Part shown: positions 8,278-17,613 of the stretch, piece after piece | Numbering within the stretch: position 1 is the stretch's first letter | Layout: every line of letters begins with the position of its first letter | Source of the DNA: Candidatus Iainarchaeum sp. | GTDB lineage: Archaea; Iainarchaeota; Iainarchaeia; Iainarchaeales; GCA-2688035 | DNA: 34,389 nt | Direction of reading: 5' to 3' | NCBI GenBank assembly: GCA_017610175.1 | Contig: JAFCCO010000013.1 | Span: forward strand, 1-34,389 | Translations under genes and position numbers: made by a program | Notes under the pieces: model-generated | Told to the model about the DNA's origin: nothing | Databases searched by the model: none | What the model saw: the letters and a program-made list of their open reading frames with translations, nothing else

Positions 8278-8961
8278 TCACTTCAGCATGTCTGCCGTGC
8301 CTGCCCCTATGTTTGCAAACAAGCCAACGAACAGCACAAGCCTTAGCGCCCAGCCTAAGCTGGTTACCTGCCCGCCGATTACCCCAAAAATGAACAGAAT
8401 CAATGCCGCTGTGGAGTATGAAACAATAATCAGTGAAAGGAGCCTGGTTGGGACAATGTTGAATATTTTTTGTGACTCAACTTCCTGGTATTTGGTGAAG
8501 TAAATAAGCAGTATGTCGAAAGTAAGTGTGATTGCAAGTATTACAATAACGCGGTATATGTCAAGGGCAAAGGCAAGCATCCAAACCTCTTCGGTTACGG
8601 CAAGCGGTGCGCTCAGGATTAGTGCCCCAACAATTTGCTGCGCAAGGTCGTCGAAAGCAAACTTGTCCGGGACAATTTTTGCCCTAACCTTTGCGAGAAT
8701 TGACTCCTGGCCCTTCTGAATCTTGTCAAGGTCTTCCTTAATGTCGTCAACGTCCTCTTTGATGTCGTCAACGTCTTCCTTTATTTCGTCAAAGTCTTTT
8801 CCGGCGTCAATAACCTGTTCCTTTATTTCGTCAACGTCCTTTCCCGAGTCAAGAACCTGCTCTTCAATCAGCTCAAGCTTGTCTCCACTCTCTTCAACCT
8901 CTTTGGAGATGTCCTCAACAATCTCGTCAATCTTCTTGGCTTTAAGTGTTTTCTTGGGCAT
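8278..8961 (-). CDS. DUF2391-like membrane protein with acidic coiled-coil N-terminus
   Basis: DDLAQQIVGA...PLAVTEEVW motif, four TMs; ATG 8961 with GGTGAG upstream. Confidence 0.8.
   Translation of the reverse strand: MPKKTLKAKKIDEIVEDISKEVEESGDKLELIEEQVLDSGKDVDEIKEQVIDAGKDFDEIKEDVDDIKEDVDDIKEDLDKIQKGQESILAKVRAKIVPDKFAFDDLAQQIVGALILSAPLAVTEEVWMLAFALDIYRVIVILAITLTFDILLIYFTKYQEVESQKIFNIVPTRLLSLIIVSYSTAALILFIFGVIGGQVTSLGWALRLVLFVGLFANIGAGTADMLK
8741..8880 (-). repeat. imperfect 21/42-bp coding repeats (DVDDIKE heptads)
   Basis: atgtcgtcaacgtc units at 21-bp spacing. Confidence 0.75.
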
Positions 8962-9038
8962 TTGGCTCACCACTGCTGAATTAGCTGTTCTATTATTGTA
9001 CAAAAACCATTAAATTGGTTTGGAAGCCCAATCATTGC

Positions 9039-10661
9039 ATGAAACTGGCTATTGCGCAAATTGATACCGTTGCCGGTGCTTTGCAGGAAAACGGTAAAAA
9101 AATAGGGGAATTCATAGGCAAAGCCAAAAAGCAGGGCTGCAGCCTTGTAGTGTTTCCTGAAATGGTTTTGACTGGCTACCCAATCTGCGATTTGGTGTAC
9201 GAGCTTGATTTTCTTCGCGCAAACAAAAAGGAACTGGAGAGAATTGCTTCGGCCACAAAAGGAATTTCCGTGGTACTCGGTTTTATTGATTTTAATGAAA
9301 AAGAAAAGAGTGCGGACGGCAGCATAAAAAAATTCAATTCGGCTGCAATTATTTCCGATGGAAAAGTTGTTGGTACACAGGTAAAGTCACTGCTTCCGAC
9401 ATATGATGTGTTTGATGAGGCGCGCTTTTTTACCCCCGCAACCGAATGCGGTGTTTTTGAGGTTGAGGGCAAGAAAATTGGCCTTACAATCTGCGAGGAC
9501 ATTTGGGACGAGAATTACTCTGAGAAACCTGTTGACAAATTAATTAAGCAGGGCGCAGAAATTATTGTGAATATTTCAGCTTCCCCTTTCCACTTGGGCA
9601 AGTTTGCGGAGCGAAAAGCGCTTGCTGAAAGGCATTCATCCAAAGGGGTTTTGTTCATTTTTGCAAACAAGGTTGGTTCGCAGGACAATGGGAATGATAT
9701 TCTTGTGTTTGACGGAAACAGCATTGCCGCAAACGAAAAGGGAGAAGTCATTGCTGTCGGAAAGCAGTTTGCAGAAGACCTTGTTGTGTTTGACTTGAAT
9801 GACAAGCCTGCTGAACTTCCGGCATTTGATGAATCAAGGGAAATATTCGAGGCAATTGTTTTTGGGCTAAAGGGTTATGCCGCGAAATGTGGTTTTAAGA
9901 AAGCTGTTCTTGGGCTGAGCGGGGGAATTGATTCAGCCGTTGTTGCATGCATCGCCGCAAAGGCACTTGGGCCAGAGAATGTTCTTGGGGTTACCATGCC
10001 ATCAAAGTTCAGCAGTTCAGGAAGTGTTGATGACAGCAGAAAGCTTGCTGAAAATCTGGGGGTTGAATTCAAGGAGTGGCCGATTGAGGAAATTGTTAAA
10101 ATCAACCGCGAGAATTATGAGAAAACCTTTGGGGCAAACTTGGAGGGAACAGCTTCAGAGAATCCGCAGGCAAGGCTTCGCGGAAACACTTTGATGACAA
10201 TTTCAAACGCACAGGGAAGGCTATTGCTTAGCACCGGAAACAAGACCGAGCTTGCGCTTGGTTACTGCACACTGTACGGGGATATGGCCGGTGGGGTTGG
10301 GGTAATTGGGGATTTGAACAAAATGCAGGTTTACAAGATTGCAAACTACATTAACAAGGCAATGGGCAAGGCAGTTCCCGCAAGCACCATTGAAAAGGTT
10401 CCATCCGCGGAGCTTGCGCCAGGGCAGGAGGACCCGTTTGACTACGAAAAAGTCAGTCCCCTTGTTGACATGATTATTGAGGCAAAGTCGAAGGAAGAAA
10501 TTTTAAAGGCCGGCTTTGAAGAGGAACTTGTTGTGAAGTTAAAAAGGCTTGTTGACCTTTCGCAGTACAAGAGAAAGCAGGCCCCGCCGGTAATTCGCGT
10601 AACCAGAAAAGCGTTTGGTTCAGGCAGGGTTTGCCCGATTATCAATAAGTGGAAATGGTAA
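9039..10661 (+). CDS. nadE: glutamine-dependent NAD+ synthetase
   Basis: Nitrilase domain (FPEM, KSLLPTYDVFDE, ICEDIW) plus LSGGIDS, ENPQARLRG, GYCTLYGD, PSAEL. Confidence 0.96.
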   Translation: MKLAIAQIDTVAGALQENGKKIGEFIGKAKKQGCSLVVFPEMVLTGYPICDLVYELDFLRANKKELERIASATKGISVVLGFIDFNEKEKSADGSIKKFNSAAIISDGKVVGTQVKSLLPTYDVFDEARFFTPATECGVFEVEGKKIGLTICEDIWDENYSEKPVDKLIKQGAEIIVNISASPFHLGKFAERKALAERHSSKGVLFIFANKVGSQDNGNDILVFDGNSIAANEKGEVIAVGKQFAEDLVVFDLNDKPAELPAFDESREIFEAIVFGLKGYAAKCGFKKAVLGLSGGIDSAVVACIAAKALGPENVLGVTMPSKFSSSGSVDDSRKLAENLGVEFKEWPIEEIVKINRENYEKTFGANLEGTASENPQARLRGNTLMTISNAQGRLLLSTGNKTELALGYCTLYGDMAGGVGVIGDLNKMQVYKIANYINKAMGKAVPASTIEKVPSAELAPGQEDPFDYEKVSPLVDMIIEAKSKEEILKAGFEEELVVKLKRLVDLSQYKRKQAPPVIRVTRKAFGSGRVCPIINKWKW

Positions 10662-11086
10662 TTTGCCAGGTGGTTTTGATTGTGATTGAGGCTTTGATGT
10701 TTACAATGTCCTGGGGTATAAAGATATTGCTTTACATCTCGATTTTAATCCTTTTTACCAAGCGAAAGAGTGACGTGGAAAAACTGAAGTTTATTGCACT
10801 GATTGCGCTGATTCACGTGATTTTATTTTTCCCGGTTGTTCCTGCCATACTAATTGACCCGTTGATTTTGATTGCACTGCTGCTTTTTCAGATTCCTCTT
10901 TGGATAAGCAGGGAAACGGCAATATTTATCTTGTTGGTAATCATTTTTTTGCCGGTCCAGCAGTTTTTCTGGATTTTTATGCTTACGCAGGTAATATATG
11001 TAATCATAATTGGCGGCCTCATATATGCCACGCTTTTTGAAAAAATACCTAAAAAAGAAGAAAGCGAAAAACCAGAAACTAATTGA
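10655..11086 (+). CDS. hypothetical membrane protein
   Basis: Very hydrophobic ORF overlapping the nadE stop; start uncertain. Confidence 0.65.
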   Translation: MVICQVVLIVIEALMFTMSWGIKILLYISILILFTKRKSDVEKLKFIALIALIHVILFFPVVPAILIDPLILIALLLFQIPLWISRETAIFILLVIIFLPVQQFFWIFMLTQVIYVIIIGGLIYATLFEKIPKKEESEKPETN

Positions 11087-11093
11087 TTCAAAA

Positions 11094-11110
11094 GCGCCCC
11101 CTGGGGGCTT
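11094..11110. repeat. degenerate att core copy of the tRNA-Asn 3' end
   Basis: gcgccccctgggggctt vs gcgcccccgggaggatt at 18258-18274 (14/17). Confidence 0.7.
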
Positions 11111-11250
11111 ATTACTTTAAATCAGATGCCCCGGGCTTTTTTTGGCTGAATTCTTTCTACTGAAATAGTATAGTGCAAGGTTGTTAATTCGGTTCGCTGT
11201 TTGGTAATTTTGGGAAAAATAGCTTTGATTTTATTGCAGTGGGGTGTTGG

Positions 11251-12210
11251 CTATTTGATGTATTTTAGGTATCCTTCGAAGAATTTTTTGTAGGTGTCTT
11301 TGTATTTTTTTAGGAATAGTCTTTCGAGGTTTTTTGTGTATCCCCTGTGAAAGTCTTGAAGGCATTTTATATATGAGTCTCTTTGTGTTTTTCTGATGAT
11401 AAATGGGGGGTAATTCTGGTTGATTAGTATTGTGTTTGATATGAATCTTCCCACCCTGCCGTTTCCGTCTTCAAATGGGTGTATTTTTTCAAACTTTCCG
11501 TGGAACAATGCAGAAACCTGTATAGGGTGCATGTTTTCAGCGTTTTTTTCATGCCATTTAATTAGCGCGGCCATCTCTTCCTCCACTTTTTCAGGGGGGG
11601 TTAGCTTAACATCGCTACCGGCAATATAATTTGGTATTTGTTTGTATCCTGTTCTTTCATCCATGTCTTTCATGAGAATTTTGTGCATTTTAATAATGTC
11701 TTTTTCATTTACGTCAAATTTTTTCTTTACAAGAGAATCCATGACCTTTCTGCTGTTTCTTGTTTCGTAAATTTCCCTGAGGTCCTTTCCCTCAATTGTG
11801 CGTTTTTCAAACATTACTATTGCAACGTCCTTGAGGGTAAGGGAATTGCCCTCTATAGCGTTGGATTCATAAGTAAAGTTTGCTATGAACCTGTCGAAAA
11901 CATCTTTAAGCTGTGGCTTGCTAAACCCCTTCAATGCTTTCCTGTAGTCAACCTTTATTTCTTCAACCTTGCGAATTTCTTCTTTACTGAAAATGGAGTC
12001 TGTCTTGTATTTTTTTAGAGCATATTCTGTAAAAGCCATTTTTTTCTTTGAATCAAAAAAATCAGCATATTTCTTTTTAAGCTTCTTTAAAGGTTCTTTC
12101 TTTTTGATAATCTTTTCAACAGAATTTACCTTTCCGTTGGGCAATCTAAAAGATTCTGCCAAGTAATAGTATTTCCTCTTTTTGATGGTCTTTTCTTTGA
12201 TGTAAACCAT
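11251..12210 (-). CDS. Fic family protein (AMPylase) with built-in inhibitory motif
   Basis: Canonical HPFEDGNGRVGR; upstream SNAIEGN inhibitory motif. Confidence 0.95.
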   Translation of the reverse strand: MVYIKEKTIKKRKYYYLAESFRLPNGKVNSVEKIIKKKEPLKKLKKKYADFFDSKKKMAFTEYALKKYKTDSIFSKEEIRKVEEIKVDYRKALKGFSKPQLKDVFDRFIANFTYESNAIEGNSLTLKDVAIVMFEKRTIEGKDLREIYETRNSRKVMDSLVKKKFDVNEKDIIKMHKILMKDMDERTGYKQIPNYIAGSDVKLTPPEKVEEEMAALIKWHEKNAENMHPIQVSALFHGKFEKIHPFEDGNGRVGRFISNTILINQNYPPFIIRKTQRDSYIKCLQDFHRGYTKNLERLFLKKYKDTYKKFFEGYLKYIK

Positions 12211-12399
12211 ACAATAATATTATCCCTACAAATATATAAACATATGTTTATTGTAAGTATAATTCGCCCCTGGAAGAAAACCTCTAAAACAAGCCCCAAT
12301 GCCTTGTGATAATTACGGTTTAGAAAAATATAAACCCGCCTATAGCCTGAAAACTTGTTTATGGAAACCTTTTTACATGTTTTTTGCGGTGTTACTATA

Positions 12400-13080
12400 A
12401 TGAACTGCCCGAAGTGTGGTAACAAAATTATAACGTCGTTCAATTGCAAGTTTTGTCATAATGACTTTTGTTCTAATTCTTGTCGTTTTCCAGAGAATCA
12501 CAAATGTTGGGAGGCTGAAATGTTTAGGGTCTTTAGTTCTCTTGCAGTTAAACATAATTTGGGCACCTTGCGTGGGCCCCGTGAAGAAACAATACAAAAA
12601 TATTACCGTCCTTGGCTTGATCAATTGCGAGGTACAAAAAATTTATCAAAAGAACAATTAGAAAAAGCTTTTGTAAAACTCATCAGCGCAAATGAACAAC
12701 AAGAAGTTATTATTATTAAAAAAGAGCCAGAAAAAACAGTGTTGATGCCAGATGTGTTCTCAAACCAATTAATAGAAGAAAAAAAGAAAAGATTCACACG
12801 GATTGTTAGATTAGCGGCGGAAGTAAAAAAAGTTTCAATGCCTGAAGTCATATTCAATGAAACATTTTGCCCAAACCACAAAAATGAAATCGCACATATT
12901 CACTTGGAAGGTAAAGGAAAAATCTGTGTTCCAAAAAGAAGCTTACATATGATGAATTACTTGGATGTAGAAGACACTGCAGTTCATGAAGTCTGCCACC
13001 TTTTTGTAGAAAAACATGGATTGGAATTCAACAAAACAATGTCAGAAATAAAACAAGCAATTTGGAATAAATTACATTAA
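12400..13080 (+). CDS. AN1-type Zn finger fused to a zincin-like (YgjP/SprT/WLM-like) HEXXH domain
   Basis: CPKC...CKFC...FC...RFPENHKC at the N-terminus; AVHEVCHL...HGLEF at the C-terminus. Confidence 0.8.
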   Translation: MNCPKCGNKIITSFNCKFCHNDFCSNSCRFPENHKCWEAEMFRVFSSLAVKHNLGTLRGPREETIQKYYRPWLDQLRGTKNLSKEQLEKAFVKLISANEQQEVIIIKKEPEKTVLMPDVFSNQLIEEKKKRFTRIVRLAAEVKKVSMPEVIFNETFCPNHKNEIAHIHLEGKGKICVPKRSLHMMNYLDVEDTAVHEVCHLFVEKHGLEFNKTMSEIKQAIWNKLH

Positions 13081-13146
13081 CTGACAAACTAACTTTTCGA
13101 AACCTTTTTACATAGTTTTTTTAATGAAAAAGCACATACTGCTATA

Positions 13147-13230
13147 ATGTCTTATTGCACAAAATGCGACAAAGAAATTGAAAAGAAAGTGGGTGAACAA
13201 AAAGAAATACAGGAATTAAGCAGTAATTAG
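13147..13230 (+). pseudogene. 27-aa CxxC ORF, probable truncated Zn-finger gene
   Basis: MSYCTKCDKEIEKK...; upstream sequence repeats that of the 12400 gene. Confidence 0.4.
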
Positions 13231-13254
13231 TAGTGATGGTTGAATGGTTTTGTT

Positions 13255-13665
13255 ATGAGTTTTTTTGATAGAAAATGGGATTGTTCTATTCTTTATTTTG
13301 AATTCAAACACAAAGTCCCCTATCAAGAGTTTAAACACAAAGTTAGGGCAGTGGCGAACATTCCAATAGAAACAGGATTTTGTAAAAAAACTTATATGCT
13401 GAACTTACAAACGCCTGATAAAAAACAAATTGGTGCAATTGAAATTTGCTGTTTTGATGTCCAATTTTCGAAAAGAATAGGTTTTTTAGGGGATTTCACA
13501 AAAGCAATGGAAATGGGTATAACTACTTTTGGAAGAATTAGGGAAACTTTAGAAACGTTTGGTATAGAAGCAAGTTACACCCAAGAAAAAAGTTCAAACT
13601 TTAGAGCAAACGAAAAAGAATTTTCAATTATGTGCCTATCCCCATTTAAAAAAGATGAAGACTGA
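13255..13665 (+). CDS. hypothetical protein
   Basis: Open frame in a co-oriented run. Confidence 0.65.
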   Translation: MSFFDRKWDCSILYFEFKHKVPYQEFKHKVRAVANIPIETGFCKKTYMLNLQTPDKKQIGAIEICCFDVQFSKRIGFLGDFTKAMEMGITTFGRIRETLETFGIEASYTQEKSSNFRANEKEFSIMCLSPFKKDED

Positions 13666-13729
13666 ATACTTACACATTACTCACGATGCGGAAGTTTAAG
13701 AATTGAAAATAACTGAGGGGTGATTTGAA

Positions 13730-13930
13730 ATGGTTGAGTATGAGTATCTTGTGAAAGGAACAGTGCAGGCAGGTATATTGAATCCATGGCCAGTCAATAA
13801 TGAAGGGGTTTTTGAGAAATTGACAGATGAGCTTAACAAATTAAGCACAGAGGGGTGGAAACTTATTGCAGTAATTCCTTCTGGAAACAATGATAGGGAA
13901 ATTTGTTATCTCAGAAGAGAAAAAAAGTGA
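13730..13930 (+). CDS. DUF4177-like small protein
   Basis: YEY...LNKLSTEGWKLIAV...YLRR pattern; GGTGA upstream. Confidence 0.75.
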   Translation: MVEYEYLVKGTVQAGILNPWPVNNEGVFEKLTDELNKLSTEGWKLIAVIPSGNNDREICYLRREKK

Positions 13931-13937
13931 TGATGGG

Positions 13938-14120
13938 ATGGAAATAAAGAAACAGGATATAATAATTCCTGCAGTTCTTGCAGGACTATCTCTCATAAGA
14001 AGCCCATATGGGATGTTGTCTCTTTCAGGTATTGTTGGTGCAATAGTCACATTTGTGGTGGTGTTCGGGGCTTTAAAACTTTGGGATTATGCATCCGAAA
14101 AAATGAAGAAAAAGAAGTGA
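13938..14120 (+). CDS. small membrane protein
   Basis: Two hydrophobic segments and a basic tail. Confidence 0.65.
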   Translation: MEIKKQDIIIPAVLAGLSLIRSPYGMLSLSGIVGAIVTFVVVFGALKLWDYASEKMKKKK

Positions 14121-14126
14121 TTTGAA

Positions 14127-15707
14127 ATGGGTTCACGTAGACATTCGGGTGGAAGATATGATTTTGTTGATGACCCTGATGAAAGGGAAAAGAGGCTGTT
14201 GAATAAAAAGTTTGGAAAAAGCGCAAGGATTAGCAGTGGTTCCGGGACTAAAAAAAGGAGTGCTTCAAAACCAATTTACATTTCCCCTGAAGATAATTAT
14301 GAAGATATTTCAAGAAATGCTCAAATAGAAGAAAAAAGACAGGAAGCAAGAAGACAAGGCAAGCCTGATTATTGGGTTGAAAAAGCTCCACCAAAAAGAA
14401 AAATTACAGGTATAACACAAAAAGCCAGGAAAGCATTTAGGCAACTTAAGTGGTGGCTTGGAAGCAATACTAGTAACTATCGTTTCAGAACCTACTCTGC
14501 ATTAAAGAATCTCATCGGTTTTGTAGCACTATTGATTCTGACTTTAACTGTTTATGCAAATGTTGAAAGTTTGAATGAAAAACCATTTCTATTTTTAAGA
14601 ATTGGAAGTATTGCACTGGTTGCTCTTACAATCGGAAGCATCATCTTACTAAAAAGATTTTATGTCAATCTTAAATATGGCTACAAAGGCAGCAGAAATG
14701 CCATCAAACTATTGCTATTTTTGGCGCTGTTTATGTTAGCAATAGGAGTTTACGCCAATCAAGATACAGTCTTCCCAACACTGAAAGAGAAATACGAGAA
14801 TATCAATTTGGGCAAATTCAATCCGCTTATTTTTACTTACAAAACAGTTAGTGGAAAAGCAGAAGAAGTAACAGGGGGGGCACTTGGAAAAATTGAAAAT
14901 ATTCTAAATTGCCCGGAAGGATATGAATTAGTTGATGAAGATTGCATATCCTTATACATAACAAACCCTGTCGAAAAAGAGTTTGAGTATGTTGTCGATG
15001 GAAAATTAGATAAAATAAATTTTGAGTTATATGGTGGAATTAATGATTACTTGGCTGGAAAGCCTAAGTTTTACTATTGCCCCCCAGACTGTTCTCAAGA
15101 GGATTTTGAACTAAAAGTGATTAGTGAACCACAACAAAGTGAACAACTAGATAAACTAGTTGAATTAATTCAAAGTAAAGAAAGTGAGAGTGATGAACAA
15201 GCCAGAATTGCAATAAGTTTAGTTCAGAAAATAGATTATGATTGGGGTGCACTTGAAACTGGAACTTTAACTGGGCGATACCCTTATGAAGTTTTGTTTG
15301 ATGAACGAGGAGTTTGTGGAGAAAAAGCAAAACTTCTTGCATATCTGTTAAAAGAAATTGGTTACGGGGTTGTCCTTTTCAATTATTCTGATCACCAAGC
15401 AGTAGGAGTCAAATGTCCAAAACAATACAGCTTAAATGGCAGTGGATACTGCTTTATTGAAACAACAAGACCAACAATTCCAACAAATGATAAAGAAAAT
15501 TATGTTCTGTCTGGGCCATTGGGTAATCCAACTTCAATAACTCTTGTAAATGAGGGGGACTCCTTTGAGAGTATAAAAAAAGAATATGAAGATGCTAAAG
15601 AATGGAATAAAATTCGGGAGATGGGGTTCGTTCTTTCACAAACACAATACAATCGTTGGACATCTTTGGTTAACAAATATGGTATAGAAATTGATAAAGT
15701 GATTTGA
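14127..15707 (+). CDS. membrane-anchored transglutaminase-like cysteine protease
   Basis: Three TMs, then YPYEVLFDERGVCGEKAKLL (Cys), DHQAVGV (His), FIETT. Confidence 0.88.
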   Translation: MGSRRHSGGRYDFVDDPDEREKRLLNKKFGKSARISSGSGTKKRSASKPIYISPEDNYEDISRNAQIEEKRQEARRQGKPDYWVEKAPPKRKITGITQKARKAFRQLKWWLGSNTSNYRFRTYSALKNLIGFVALLILTLTVYANVESLNEKPFLFLRIGSIALVALTIGSIILLKRFYVNLKYGYKGSRNAIKLLLFLALFMLAIGVYANQDTVFPTLKEKYENINLGKFNPLIFTYKTVSGKAEEVTGGALGKIENILNCPEGYELVDEDCISLYITNPVEKEFEYVVDGKLDKINFELYGGINDYLAGKPKFYYCPPDCSQEDFELKVISEPQQSEQLDKLVELIQSKESESDEQARIAISLVQKIDYDWGALETGTLTGRYPYEVLFDERGVCGEKAKLLAYLLKEIGYGVVLFNYSDHQAVGVKCPKQYSLNGSGYCFIETTRPTIPTNDKENYVLSGPLGNPTSITLVNEGDSFESIKKEYEDAKEWNKIREMGFVLSQTQYNRWTSLVNKYGIEIDKVI

Positions 15708-15708
15708 A

Positions 15709-15846
15709 ATGAAAACAGGATTGATTATCTTAGGAGTCATCGCACTGGTTTTGCTAAGCGGATGCACTCAAAGAGAATATATCTGTCCGGACGGGACAAT
15801 TGTTAGCACTCCGTGTGAAAAAATCATCCACAAAAAAGTTGTGTAG
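15709..15846 (+). pseudogene. truncated paralogue of the element-1 lipoprotein (leader plus first motif only)
   Basis: MKTGLIILGVIALVLLSGCTQREYICPDGTIVSTP vs MKTGTIILAVLTLILLSGCTQREYVCADGQVVSNP; similarity ends where the convergent CAP gene ends. Confidence 0.85.
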
Positions 15847-16303
15847 CATAAAACTTGTTACCCGTCTGTTTAACTCCAATCCCAATTTTATCAAAATTAC
15901 TATTTAGAATGTTTGCCCTGTACCCCTTACTATTCATCCAATTTTTATGCAAAGCACGAGCTATGTCTTGTTCTGTTTTAATAGGATGTTTAAATCCAAG
16001 GATTTGGCCTTTACACATCATGGCGACATTCTCACCTGAAATAGTAATATAGTTCATGGAAATTGTACCCTCCAGAAAAAACCATATTTTCTGCCAGAAA
16101 GTCTTTGGTTTAATTTCAAAACTTTTTATAGCCTTGTGTACTCCAGAACCATGCCAAATGCGTCTCTTTTTAGCCATCTTTGCACTATGTTTGCGCGCGA
16201 TAGATGTAAGCCTACCATACTTCTTAAATTTTGCGAGATTTTTTTTCTCCCGAACCCTGTTCACTCTAGTAAAAATTCGGTTTTCAATATGGGTAGTACT
16301 CAT
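15824..16303 (-). CDS. CAP (SCP/PR-1) domain protein
   Basis: VNRVR, ARKHSAKMA, GENVA, WMNSKGYRANIL, IGIGV, YATQLF. Confidence 0.92.
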   Translation of the reverse strand: MSTTHIENRIFTRVNRVREKKNLAKFKKYGRLTSIARKHSAKMAKKRRIWHGSGVHKAIKSFEIKPKTFWQKIWFFLEGTISMNYITISGENVAMMCKGQILGFKHPIKTEQDIARALHKNWMNSKGYRANILNSNFDKIGIGVKQTGNKFYATQLFCG

Positions 16304-16555
16304 TATTACATATCAGGGGTGAGTACTATAAAAATTTTTCTGATACAAAATCCATGCAAAACAATTTTTTTGCCAAATGTTTAAACAAACCAACCTGTTA
16401 AAAAAATCGTTGACCTGAATGCAGTCAGGCGCATTACGCACAAAAGAAGGCTTAAGCAAATTAACCAAAGAAACCTTGGAATTGAACACGAGTTCAATTA
16501 CTCAACTCAAGAAGTATAAAAGCAAGAGGTGAAGGGGTTATGCATAAAAACTAGC

Positions 16556-17455
16556 TTAGTTCTTTTCGTTTAAGTTTATTTCAAGCGTGGTTGGTATTTC
16601 AGACTTATGTTCAACTTGTTTTGTAACTTGTCTGGCAAACAGCCCCAACCAGGTGGGTTCAGTAACAATAAGCTCGTAGTTATTATCCCCTAAAAAAACT
16701 GTAAAATCACCGTCAGCGTTTGTAACTCCAGTTATGACTGTATTATTAGCTGGGTACTTCTCATTTTTACTCTTAAGCTCTATTATTGCGTTTTCAATCT
16801 TTTTTATTTTATCAACTACCGATATGTGTAATTCTGAAGTTTCAGTATATTTTTCAGTTACACTCTGTTTTTGTCCCTTTTCATCCACCCAGTAAGCATA
16901 AGAGTACTGTTTGTTTGATTCCAGATTTTTTTCATAATAATCTGGATAATTAAACAAGCCTATAGAGGGGTCAATATGAACCCAAGTTCCATCCAAATAT
17001 ACTTCGTTCCATTGATGGTTTTCCCCATCATTACGAATTTCTCTTACATCTAATCCCACTGCGCGCCCCATATAATTATACAAATTAGATGCCTCACCAC
17101 AGCGTCCCTCTCCCATAAAAAAAAGCCAAGTGGTACCTAAATTAAAAAATCGAAATAACAAAAATTGAATAGAATCTCCATTGAACTTACTTCTGACCCA
17201 ATTGCACAATAAATATGCTTTATTGTAGTCAGTACTTTCCAACTCAAAGGAATGCGGATTTATACAATTTATTCTGAAATCAAAATTCTCTTCCGTAACT
17301 AATTCTCTGGCTTTTGGGGCAAAAAAGAAGTTATTAACAAAACCAATCTCCAGATATGCAAAGATAATAGGTAAGACTACCAAAATAAATATTACCACTG
17401 CAAAGGCAGACATTGTTTGATTATTAGAAATATTTTCCTTTATTTTACTTAACAT
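16556..17455 (-). CDS. membrane-anchored transglutaminase-like protein, PNGase-like core, C-terminal beta-sandwich
   Basis: N-terminal TM; GRCGE (Cys), ENHQWNEVY (His), WVHIDPS (Asp); GVTNADGDFT carboxypeptidase-regulatory-like tail. Confidence 0.88.
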   Translation of the reverse strand: MLSKIKENISNNQTMSAFAVVIFILVVLPIIFAYLEIGFVNNFFFAPKARELVTEENFDFRINCINPHSFELESTDYNKAYLLCNWVRSKFNGDSIQFLLFRFFNLGTTWLFFMGEGRCGEASNLYNYMGRAVGLDVREIRNDGENHQWNEVYLDGTWVHIDPSIGLFNYPDYYEKNLESNKQYSYAYWVDEKGQKQSVTEKYTETSELHISVVDKIKKIENAIIELKSKNEKYPANNTVITGVTNADGDFTVFLGDNNYELIVTEPTWLGLFARQVTKQVEHKSEIPTTLEINLNEKN

Positions 17456-17613
17456 GCTAACACTAAAGTAGAACCCCCTTATAAGAATTAATTTAGCTCG
17501 CTCCTCTTCTTCCTTCTTCTATTTCTTTGAATTTTTGTTTTTTTTTTGTCTGGTTTGTTTGAGTTCTTGTTTGAGTATTGTGCTTTCGATTATTGCGCTT
17601 ATTTTGTTTGATT

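Noticed and set aside
8741-8880. Short repeats as a CRISPR array
   Set aside because: In-frame coding heptads with no spacers; no CRISPR array or cas gene seen in the window
16330-16550. Possible small ORF between the CAP and transglutaminase genes
   Set aside because: The longest open stretch lacks a start codon and has no recognisable motif
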